Below, piece by piece: positions 27,474 to 39,500 of a DNA stretch of 64,000 nt (positions within the stretch are counted from its first letter, which is position 1; the number at the start of each line of letters is the position of its first letter). The DNA is from Gnetum montanum (lineage: Eukaryota > Plantae > Gnetophyta): the NCBI GenBank assembly GCA_015680685.1, contig MNCI01001630.1, forward strand, positions 701,028-765,027. Reading direction: 5' to 3'. The notes under the pieces were generated by a model that saw only the letters and a list, made by a program, of their open reading frames with translations, had not been told where the DNA came from and made no database searches. The position numbers were made by a program, and so were the translations under genes.

Positions 27474-27515
<42 letters not shown>

Positions 27516-30500
27516 TGATTCATCTACAACAAGAAACCTAGACTAAACAACAAAATGCCATCAGCCCCATTAAGCTAGAGGAAGGGAGCAACGAATATAG
27601 GTGTATCTAGGTGTATCGCTATTTGCAATGAACTTGATCCACAATCGCCCAATCAATCTTCAATTTCAAGACCCCTTTGGAGCTCTGCCTCCTTGCATTG
27701 AATCTCCTTTGTGTTTAGGTGGTGAGATTTACCTAGGTGTGAAAGGGTGGCTTTCTGCTTCACCATGGCTTTGATCCTTGTTGTAAGAGTGAAAGTTAAG
27801 CCCTAATTCAGCATAGGGGCACTTCCCAAGAGCACACCATTTCTCAAAGGAACCTCTAAGGGATAAGGTATGCTGATGTAGAAAATCTGTCTACAAACAC
27901 AAGAATAGAATCATTTCCTCTTCAAGACCTTGACAACCCAACAATGAAGTCCATGTTGATTATATCCCATTTGTATTTAGGCACATCATGAGGACATAAT
28001 AAACTTACTGGATGCCTGTGTTCAGCTTTGACTTGCTGGCAAATGAGCCATTTGGCAACAAAGAATGCTACATCTGCCTTCATTCTAGGCCACCAAAATC
28101 TTGACTTAATGGTTTGATACATTTTGTTCCCACCAGGATGCCCTGCTATAGGAGGATTATGAAATTCATACATGAACTTTTTTCTAAGGTTATTACCTTG
28201 AGGAGCATAGGCTCTATTCTTAAATTTTAAAACTTCATCATTCCCTATAGTGAAAAATTCTGCCTCTTGATTTTCTAACATCTGAGACTTGACTTTTCTG
28301 ACAAAAGGAATAATCAATTTGTGTTCTAGCTATGATTGATGGGTTCTGACCCTTGCTTTCCATTATGGCCTTCAAATACCCTCTCCTATTTATTGCATCA
28401 ACTACTTTATTATTGCCTTCATGATACATAATCTCAAATTTGTCATCACTAAGGAATTCAATCCATATTCTTTGCCTTAGATTCAGATTTGATTGTGTGA
28501 AAATGTACTTTAGGCTTTGGTGATCAATCCACACTTGGAAACTTGCACCATACAAATAGTGATGCCAAACTTTAAGTGCATGGACAACATTTGCTAATTC
28601 CAAGTCATGAGTAGGGTAATTCTTCTCATAAGTTTTAGGCTGGCAAAACCCATAAGCAATTACCCTATCATCCTGCATTAAAATACAACCTAGGCCTTTA
28701 CCTGAGTCTTTCAAAAGATTCTTGGCATTTTTTTCCTAAGAAGACCCATCCATGGAGCTGCCACCTTGGAAAAATTAAGAATGAACCATCTATAATACCT
28801 TGCTAGACCTAAGAAACTGCATATTTCCTTCACATTCTTTAGTATAGACCACCCTGTTATTGCTTTAATCTTCTCATTATCAACTACTATCCCACTTCTC
28901 GATACTACATGCCCCAAAAATTACACTTTCTTGCCAAAATGTACATTTTTTTACACTTGCATACAATTTATAATTTCTTAGGTTTTGCAAAATAACTCTA
29001 AGATGCCACTCATGTTTCTTATAACTATTAGAGTAAATCCAAATGTCATCAATGAAGACTATCACAAATTAGTCTAGGTGTAGTTGAAAGATGTGATTCA
29101 TTGGACTCATAAATACCCTTGGAGCATTAGAAAGAACAAAAGGGACCACTGTAAACTCATAATGTCCATATCTAGTTTTAAATGTTGTCTTATGGATGTC
29201 TTCTTCATTAATTCAAAGTTGGTGATATCTGATTTGAGATCTATTTTCAAGAATACATTGGCTTTTTTCCATTGATCAAACAAATCATCTATCCTTGGCA
29301 AAGGATATTTGTTCTTGATGGCAACCTTATTCAACTGGTGATGATCAATGCATAACTTTAATGCGCCATCCTTCTTTTTGACAAATAAAACTGGTGCATC
29401 CTAAGGAGCCATGCTAGGCCTAATAAAACCCTTCTATAGAATTTCTTCTTAATATAATTTAGTTCTACCATTTCTACAGGAGACATCCTTTAAGGTGCTG
29501 AAGATATAGGTGATTTTCCTGGGACCGAGTCTATAGTGAACTCAACTGCTTGATGATGTGGCATTATTGGAAGTTCTTTAGCAATAATATCTTTGTACTC
29601 AGAAACAAGAGGAACATCATCTAAGAAACTTTGATCATCTTCCACAATAGCTGATGTGCAATAAACAATGAAGGCTTGATTACCCCTTCAAAGTTCCTTA
29701 TTAATTTGCCTAGCATCAACCAAGTTTATTGTAGCTGACTTAGGTTCTCCTTGAATTTTCATTTCTTGACCAGTCACCTCTAAAGTAGTTCTTTCCTTAC
29801 AATCAATAATTGCTTTATGTGAACATAAGTGATCCATGCCTAAAGCAATGTCAAATGTTCCTAAATTTATGACAATTGGTTCCAACTCAAACTCTCCCCC
29901 TCTTAGGAACAATATACATCCTTCATCCTTGTATTGACTTTTGTTTTAGACCCATTAGCCAACTCAATAAACCCCTCTATTGACACAACATAGATTTTCA
30001 TTTAACATCAACCCAAGTGGCACCACAAACAAATAAAATTGATATTGCTTTACCATTTAGTAGACCCTTACCTTCTATGATGAAATTCTGAAATTGCACA
30101 CCTTGATTTTCAATTGCAACCAAAAGTCTCCCCATAGGTTGATGAATAGATTGTGACACATTGTGAACTGATCCTTGATTAGCTTGACTGTTATTCTTGG
30201 TTTGATTTTCTGGACAAAACCTCTTCAAATGAGTTCTACCACATATATAACATTTTCAACTTTGAGATGGTTCCATATTGACACTTCAATTTTTACCTTC
30301 TCCTGTAGGGTAATTACTAGTTTGACTTTGCATAGGGTGGTTCCAATTTCCGTTACTTGGGTTTGGTATTGGCTGAAAGACTGATTACTGTTTCTAAAGC
30401 TGTTATGAAAATTCTTGGGCCTGGTTTGGTAGCTTGGCTGCCCATGGTTTTTGAAACTTTGACCCTTAGGTGGCAAACGGGCCTTGCAATTAGCTTGAGA

Positions 30501-33500
30501 TTTCAACTAATTATCTTTTACGATCCTAGCTTTGTCTGCTGGTTCTGCAAATCTCCTAGGCTGAAAGATTAAGACTCTGTCATGCAAGGGTGGAATCAAA
30601 CTCTCCATAAACCAGTTAACCTTGTCTCTCTCACTTAGGTTCATGTGAGAAACATACCTAAAGTGTTCCACAAATGTGGTTTCATGAGCACTAACACTGC
30701 CATTAGGAGTCTACATTATATTAAATTGAACTCTTGCCTCTTTTTACCTAGGTAGAAATGAGGGACATATTTCCTATTAACTATCTCTATAAATTCATCC
30801 CAAGTGAGGTTATCCACATTAGCAATTTTGAACACCTTGGTTTGCCACCATAGGTTTGCCTCACCTTGTAGCATGTAAACAGCAAGGGCTGCCTTTCCTG
30901 CTTCAGAACATCCTAAAGTCTTAATAACTTTTTCTAGATCACTCAACCATGCCTCAGCCTTAGTAGGATCGACTACTCCTATAAACTTGGGAGGATTAAG
31001 CTTCATGAACACTTGGATAAGGTTTCTTAGACCTCTTAATCCTTGTTGACATTGATTGCCTAAAGGTTGGGCTTCTTGTTGGGCTTGATATTGTTGCATT
31101 CTTTAAGCAATCATTTGCATAAAAGTAGCCATCAAAGTAATAGGGTCTATGTTCCCATTGGTCTGATTTCTCAAAGCATTCTGAGCTTAGGATTGAGGCC
31201 TGCTATTCATGGATACTTCCTCATGGACCTCTTCATGACCATTTTGAACAAGTCTATGATTCTCATTCCTTGAAGGCATCTCGAAGACTCTCAGTTCAAA
31301 CTGTTCCTTGTTCCTCTTTCCACATTTTTGATATCCTGGCATGAGACCTCTACAAGGAAATGAATGGATGAAGTGTTACTTATGACAAAAAGTATCAACA
31401 CTATTTGTACCTTCACTACACTAATGACTTAATTATGGGTATCAAAGACCAGCATGTAAACTTCGCCTAAAGGCTAGAGGAACTTGGACTGGCATGCCAG
31501 TAGGAAGTACTAGAGGAAGGAGCATTTGGCCTTCACCTTGGATTAAGGGTTAACTTAGCTTCAACTAAGCAAACACTGGTTCTAAGTGAACGTTATTGGT
31601 TGACAACCATGAGTTGTGTTGTGTAATCCAAAAGATTGTTGTAGCAAACACTAGGTTAAGACATCAACTTCACTTATGTCATAGAACATAAGGTTTGCAT
31701 CATACACAAATAGTACAAACCAAACCTCTGATACTAACATATAGGACCCTTAATCACCCTCTAAATTCAGGACAATTTTTTTGTCTTAATGGAATTAGAA
31801 AACAGAAATCAAAGGGTAGCAACCATGAAAGAAAAAGTAGCAATCTCTAAATTAGGGACAATAATCATTAAAGAACTAAAATGTGAGAGAGGAAGCAGGG
31901 TTGGTGGTGGCCTGATACCTCCCCCATGGTTTTGGGGCTGTGGGGGCACAAAGGGTCCTCCGCTCCTTGTGTCTTCGGAACCATACTAGCATGGCAGTTC
32001 CATGCATTAGTAAGAGGAGGCTAAGACCTACCTCATTACCCCACTCGGTAGGACCTTGCCTAGGAGGGTTGCATAGTTCAACTCTACGTTCAGGTGTTTT
32101 TACCGGGTGTGTCATGGGACGTGCTATGGGATGTTGTGTGCGCTCCTTGGAGCGCGACACCAACTACCAGCATGCGGTAATGAATCTAGAGGGTTCAGCT
32201 GGTAGTCCCCGTGGTGTCCACGTGAGTGGAGCAAGGGAGTGCTATCTCGCTTGTTAGCGTATCGCGAATATTGAATATGAAACACCGCTCAGGAGACATG
32301 CTAACACTAACACATTGTTTGTTGGCATGTGTTTCAGGATTGTTGATTGCTGAGGCATATTCCTCTTGAGTTTCATCCTAATTCAGAATCTGCTTGGGAA
32401 ACTCTTGGGGTGTCGAACAACATATCCAGGGACAACATTGTTACAAATGGCATCAGAGCCTCACAGGTTCAGTTATCAGTAAAACTTTCACGCTAAAGGG
32501 GTGAGAGGGTTTGTGGTTTGCCAGGTTTTCATTTTAAACTTCTGCTAGCCACTCTCCCTTTGAGGGTGGCCTTGTGCTAAAGCTCTCTCTTGGGCAACAT
32601 GGAGCCTAGTGGACCGAGTGACATGGTTGATGTTCAAGCAAACCCAAAAATTGAGGCCGAGATAGAACTTGGTCAAGATGAGACTAAGTTTCAAATGTTA
32701 TGGGATCATGTCAAGGCAATTGATGAGGCCTTAGCCTATCCTAGTCCAGAAAATGCGGATGCAATCCATGACATCCTTAAAGATGTTGACTTGCCACAAG
32801 AAAAGATGGATCTTCGCTCCAAGGACAAGGTGAAAGTGGCAGAGGCTAAGGTTTCGATCTTGTAAGGTCGTCTGGATTGCATGATCAACCTCTACAAGGA
32901 TCTATTCGGATCCTTAGAAGAGGCACAAACAAGAGCATCTTTGGTTGAGGACCTAGTTGCTCGGGTGAAAGTTCTAGAGGATGCCCTAGTGGGGGTAAAT
33001 CAGGAACTATCTGGTTTGAAAATTGAAAACGCCATCATGAAATCCTCCTTAGCAGGACGCTTGGTAGACGAGCCAGTAGCGATGGCCCGTATCAAAGCTA
33101 GAGAACCGAGTTCTTATGATGGTAAGAGAAATGATGCTAAAATTGATGCCTTCCTCCATGATGCGGAGATGTACTTGAATACTAGGGGTGTTCCTGCAGC
33201 CCAAAAGGTCTCCACAGCATCTCAGTTTCTCATAGGAAGTGCTAAGCTATGGTGGCTTAGCCTCCTTCGTGCCCAAGAAAAGGGCACTACTACAGAAAAG
33301 ACTGAGACGTGGGATAGATTTAAGGCAGCACTAATCAAACAGTTCCGTCCTAGGAACTCTGAATGGGTAGCTAGAACCAAGCTAGAGACCCTAAAACATT
33401 CAAGGAAGCTTGAAGATTATATCAATAGCTTCTAAGAACTCATGTTGCTGATTCCTGATATGGGAGATCGGGATCATTTTTTCAAGTTTGTAAATGGGTT

Positions 33501-36500
33501 ACAGCCATGGGCGCAGATGGAGTTGCGTCGAAGAGGCATTGACTCCATCACGGAGGCTATTGCGGCTGCTGGCACTTTTCTGGACTTCAAGGCAACGAAG
33601 CCAAATAAGGGCAAGCCTGGGAAGGGAAAGCATGTCACGCCCTCCCACTCTCAGAGAACAGATACAGGTTCCATCAAAGGTGGAAATACATTCAAATCGG
33701 TTCAGCAAGGCAGTCGTCCGATGGGCGGTCCTCCAGGAAACCAAGGCTCTCAACAAAAACGTAAGGATACAGGGAGCAAGTGGCATCCTGGGGCCAAGAA
33801 GAAACAATTTATGGGAGGTGCCTTTAAGGGGCCAATTCAGTGCTTCTTGTGTCAAGGAAACCACCTAGCAAGAAATTGTCCCCTGAGTTCAGGAAGGACT
33901 GAGAATAGGCAAGGGCCGACTCCAAGGAAACAACTGATGGCACTCGATTATCGCCCTGACCCATGCCTTTAGATTACTGATGGAAGCACATTGAGGGAAC
34001 AACGAAGGCTAGCAGTTATGATGAAGTTGTCTGACATGGTTAGCAGAGGTCAGGAGCTGAAAACTCCCAGAGTACTAATCTTGATAATTTACATTAGGTT
34101 CAATTGGCCCCAATCACTGTGAGATCAAGTCAGATAAGTGCCCTCATTGATCATGGGGCCAATCACAATTACATAGTTCCAGCCATGGCAAAAGACTTGC
34201 AGCTAAAGATGGAACCAGTCCAAGCCTCCGGCAAACTAGCCAAGTTCAAACCCCTTCGGTGCATTGGGGTATGTCGTAGTGCCCCAGTTCAAGTGGGCTC
34301 ATGGCAAGGAGTTCTATATTTTTCAATTCTAGATATGGACTCCTTTCAGGTTATTTTGGGGCAAGAATTTTTACGCAAGGCCAAAGTTTTCACGGCTCCA
34401 CACTTAGACCTGATCTTTATTTTGCATGAAAGCTCCCCATGCCTAGATCAAACTCATGGAGCACAGATGGGAAAGGATGAGGGCTCTAGCTCCGAGATTG
34501 TGTCACCAATGGTGATGAAATGCTTGGCCAGGGATCCTACTAGGAAATTTTTGCTAGCTATGCAAACGGGTGATCCTTCTGAGGCTTGTGGATCCCAAAC
34601 TAATATTGACCCATGCATAGCATAGGTGCTAGATAATTTTAAAGATGTGATGCCACCTGAATTGCCAGGAAGCCGTGGATCATAAAATAGAATTGCAACC
34701 AGGTACTGACCCTCATATTCAAAGGCCATATCGCTTAACAGGACCAAAATTTGGGGAATGGAAGAAGCAGCTTGAAGGTTTCATGTCCAAGGGATACATT
34801 CGTCTCTCAAAATCCCCTTATGGAGCACCGGTGTTGTTTGTCACCAAGGAGGACGGAACACTACGGCTCTGTTGTGATTACAAATTGCTGAATAAACACA
34901 CTATCAAGAACAAGTACCCAGTACCACTCATTTCTGATTTGTTCGATCAATTGGCAAGGGCCCGGTATTTCACCCGGCTAGACCTCAGACAAGGGTACTA
35001 CCAGGTTGGCATTGCAAAAGGGGATGAAGGAAAAAACTGCATGTGTAACTCGGTATGGGTCATATGAGTCGACAGTAATGCCCTTCGGGCTTTGCAATGC
35101 ACCAGCTACATTTTGTACCTTAATGAATGAGATATTTCAACCCTTCCTGGACAAATTTGTGGTTGTCTATCTCGATAACATCTTGATATATAGCCAGACA
35201 ATGGAGGAACATGCCCTCCACCTGTAGATGGTCCTTGAGAAGCTACGAGAAAATCAGTTGTACATTAACAAAGAGAAATGTGAATTCTGCTGCTCGGAGC
35301 TGAAATTTCTAGGACATCTCGTAGGGTATGGGCAGGTAAAGCCAAATTTGAAGAAGGTAGAGGTTGTGCGCCTCCCACTAATGTGCATGAGGTTAGATAG
35401 TTTATGGGGTTAGCCAGCTTCTATTGGAAATTCATCAGAAATTTTTCAGGTATCGCTGCTCCCCTGACTAATTTGCAAAAGAAAGAAGTTGCATGGCAAT
35501 GGGATTCAAATTGTCAGCAAGCCTTCGATAGGATCAAAGAAGCTTTAACCTCCCATTCAGTGTTGGCATTGCCTAATTTCTCGAAACCTTTTGAGGTTCA
35601 TACAAATGCTAGTGAGAATGCAATTGGGGGCATCTTGCTACAGGAAGGTCATCCTATCGCTTATGAGAGTCAGAAGTTAAATCAAGTAGAGCAGAGATGG
35701 CCAATCCATGAAAAAGCAACACTCGCTATTGTCCATTGCTTAAGAGCATGGAGACACTACTGGCTGGAAAGCCGTGTCCTCATAAAGACAGATAATCTGG
35801 CCACTAGCTACTTGCTAAATCAAACAAAGCTGAGGCCCAAACAAGCTCGATGGTTGGCCATGTTATCTAAATTTGATTTGCAATTGACTTACCGTCCTGG
35901 AAAGGAGAACGTGGTGGCAAATGCATTGAGTCGTCGTCCTCAGCCTGCCTCTCAACTCTTTTCTATCATTGGGCCAACTCATGTATCCCTAGGTTGGTGC
36001 GTTTTGTCATGTCGCAATGATAGACCACTTGATGTCCTCCCATAGCTTGGCATTTCAGGCCAGGGATGGAAGGATGGACAAGCCAAGTCTTGAGGGGTGA
36101 TGCTCTTGACTTGGGTGTTAGATGCTAGGATGAGTCCGAATCTTAGGAAGACGGTCGAGTTCAACAAAAATGCTTTACGGCCTTGGGCCCTAGCAGTTGG
36201 ACCTTCTAGAACCGCAGATCCCTTCAAATTTGACTCAGAATAGCATGGGCGTACTCCCCTGGAATTGATGAAATCCTCCCTTGGTCTTGATGTAGCAGCC
36301 TCGTGGGTTACCCATGCCATGCTCCGAGGTCGTTGCTCATTTTAAGCAGGGGAGGATTGTGAGAGAGGTAGTAGGGTTGATGGTGGCCTACTACCTCCCC
36401 CACGATTCGAGGGCCATGGGGGCACAAGGGGTCCTCCGCTCCTTGTGTCTTCGGAACCATACTAGCATGGTAGTTCCATGCATTAGTAAGAGGAGGCTAC

Positions 36501-39500
36501 GACCTACCTCATTACACCACTCGGTAGGACCTTGCCTGGGAGGGTTGCATAGTTCAACTCTACATTGGGGTGTTTTTACCAGGTGTGTCATGGGATGTGC
36601 TATGGGATGTTGTGTGCGCTCCTTGGAGTGCAACACCAACTACCAGCACACAGTGATGAATCCGGATGGTTCAGTTGGTAGTCCCCATGGTGTCCACGTG
36701 AGTGGAGCAAGGGAGTGCTATCTAGCTTGTTAGCGTATCGCGAATATTGAATATGAAACACTGCTTAGGAGACATGCTAACACTAACACATTGTTTGTTG
36801 GCATGTGTTTCAAGATTGTTGATTGCTAAGGCGTATTCCTCTTGAGTTTCGTCTCGATTCAGAATCTGCTTGGGAAACTCTTGGGGTGTCGAACAATGTA
36901 TCCAGGGACAACGTTGTTACAAAAATCATTATTTTAAGCACATAAATTAAGTAAACTACGTGAGCTCAATTGCAAAATGAAAAGGAGATACATAAAAACT
37001 AAAATGTACTAAACTTGAATGCTATGATGGATTAACATGGTGCCATACTTGAAAATCTTCACTATTAAATTTTCCAGCCTTTTCCATTCTCACATTGAGA
37101 TATATGTAGACTTCAACATAGGATCATTTAACAATGAATTGGGACATGGCAACTCTCTTGAAGATCTCTCAAAACTGACCACAAAAATGATTAACAAATA
37201 AAACATGTGCACTGCACTTTTCACTATGAAAAATACACTTCTAAAAATGATCGATATGCATAGTTTCTTTTCTTTTCATTTTTAAATGAGTACTTAATGA
37301 ATCCTTTGGTCATCCAGCTATCACACAACTAGTCCTTCCAACCCTACAGCATTTTGTAGCCCACACAAGAACACTAGGGTTGGATAAAATAGTAGGGGCT
37401 AACACCATCAAGCACGTCCAAGGACTAAGCCCTTGTAATCCACATAAGAGATCACTAGCCTTTAATACAATGATGGGAGGCATTCCTTAATAATGAACAC
37501 AAAAACATGCAAACCACATGATCTCATGAAATACTCCTCGCTTGCCCAAGCCAATACAACAAAAACACCTCCCAAACATTTTTGTACAGCAAGAATTTGG
37601 AATACACACCTCTAGAATTTCAGTTGGCCAAATTGGAGAGGAAGAAGACGCTTCAAACTTGGTTTGTTGTCCAGCCTGTTGCCTCAAGAATCAACTTCAA
37701 ATTGCAAGTCCACGTTGCAGTCAGAACCCTCACACAAAACCAAATAAAATAGTCCTTTGGATCAGCACAACTGTCCCCAAAAATTAGTCACAAAAAGCCT
37801 CCACTAGCAACAACAAAGTCAGCCTATTATGCCTTCACAAAAGCTCACTAAGATAACTCCCATACTGAGCCCAAAAGACAAGGTAGTAGCAGCCTTCACA
37901 ATCTCCTCTATAACTGTCTCCTCTACTCGTCACTCCTAAAACTAGTAGTCTTCTTTTTTTGGCAAAGGGTGAAAATGAGAACAAACAACTTATTCTCCAA
38001 TTTTTTAAATTTTTATTCATGGTATCATTACTATTTGATTTGAACAAGCAAGCTCTCAAGAGGAAGCAAACATGTGAGAGTGACAACACTTAAAGAGAGC
38101 CACATGTCCACCATTAAATGATTCCTTTGTCTCTTTTCCAGCCATTAATATGAAGTGGATAATTAATATATTAAAAAAGAAATGTCATCATAAGCATGTT
38201 ATAAAGCATACATTACCATTCCACATTGAGTTTTCTTATGGCCCCACCTTTAAAGCTTGTTTTAAGTCATTTTTTACTTTACAAGCTATAAGGGTTTCTA
38301 CTTTATTTTTGGCCTTTTATTTATTTTCCACATTTCATATAATTTGTCTAACAAAAATCATTGATACTAATCTTTTTGTGTATCCAACATTTTATACATA
38401 CCAAGCTAATTGTAACAAGCATAAACATAAGATAGCTACCATGCTAGAAATTAATATTTTAATCAAATTAAATAAAATATAGTCCCACAAGGTACTTTTT
38501 AATTATTTAATATTAAAATAGTAAACTCTAAGACTTGGATCAAGAAACTAATTATAGATCTATACTCTTGATCTAAAACTGAGATAGTCTTCCAAATCTG
38601 AGTGCAAGCTGACAACTTTGAATTTTTTAATGTATTTTTAATTAATTAAATATTCAATAAATTAAAAATTTTAACTAAACACCAAAATACACCATGGATC
38701 CACATTACATTAATTTCATGGCATCATTATAAAATAATTTAGAGTTTTCTATCTTCATTCATCCATAAATATATATATTTTTAGATAAATAATTAGAAAT
38801 AAATTAAAAATAAATAGTAAAATTACTTATGTCACCTAATCAAAATCTTCATATTAACAAAAAAGCATTAGGCACATCTACAAATATATATAAACTTTTA
38901 AACAAGTTCAAGTATTTAATAGAGTATTAAGATCACATGTGCAAATATGGGGCACTACAAATTATCATGTAATACCAATTTTTTATTTTATTTTCTGTTC
39001 TAGATTTTGAGATGCTACTTGTCCAAATGTTAGTAATGAACATTTTTTCATTTGATAGGAAATTACAACCGTAGGAGCCTACCTTATTTTGTTGTTTGCT
39101 ATTAGTACTTAATAATGCATGCAAGGGCATTTTAATATGGATGTGAATCTATATTTTACCTTTTCCCCCTTCCGATATAAAGCAGAAACGTATACCATCA
39201 ATCACAGTGGACTAAAAATAGTTCAATGAAAAAGAACTATAAGATATGATGTCTAACTAAAATATGACATGGGAGATCCTGAAATTCTTAATATCAATCT
39301 CATAAAAATTTGGTTTTGAATGATATATGATTTACATCTATTTTTAAAGGTTCATTTACATCATTAAATTTGTTTGCACTTAAATGAAATACCTGTTACT
39401 ACACCAATTGAGCCTGTCAACGTAAGGTTTTCAGCAAGAATAACCCCAGCTCCCATTGCCATGTAATATCCTCCACTTGCAGCCACATCCACCATTGATG

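Larger units (their letters stand above)
31882..36921 (+). mobile_element. Ty3/Gypsy LTR retrotransposon with paired 564-bp LTRs; gag-PR-RT-RH but no integrase
   Basis: LTRs 31882-32445 and 36358-36921 (TG..CA), PBS TGGCATCAGAGCC at 32448-32460, PPT aagcaggggagga before 36358, AAAA on both flanks. Confidence 0.93.
27858..38959 (-). mobile_element. Tekay/Del-like Ty3/Gypsy retrotransposon, truncated within integrase; 5' LTR (31740-38959) split by a nested element
   Basis: PBS remnant ctctgatacta at 31726-31736; LTR begins TGTAGTGCCCC at 38959; gag-PR-RT-RH-INT order. Confidence 0.88.

Noticed and set aside
26950-27857. Possible LINE ORF1/5' fragment on the minus strand around the young LINE tail
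   Set aside because: Only vague similarity; cannot be classified by eye.
31876-32257. ORFs of 95-139 aa repeated at 36314-36733
   Set aside because: They lie inside the paired LTRs and have no protein motif; the repetition is explained by LTR duplication.
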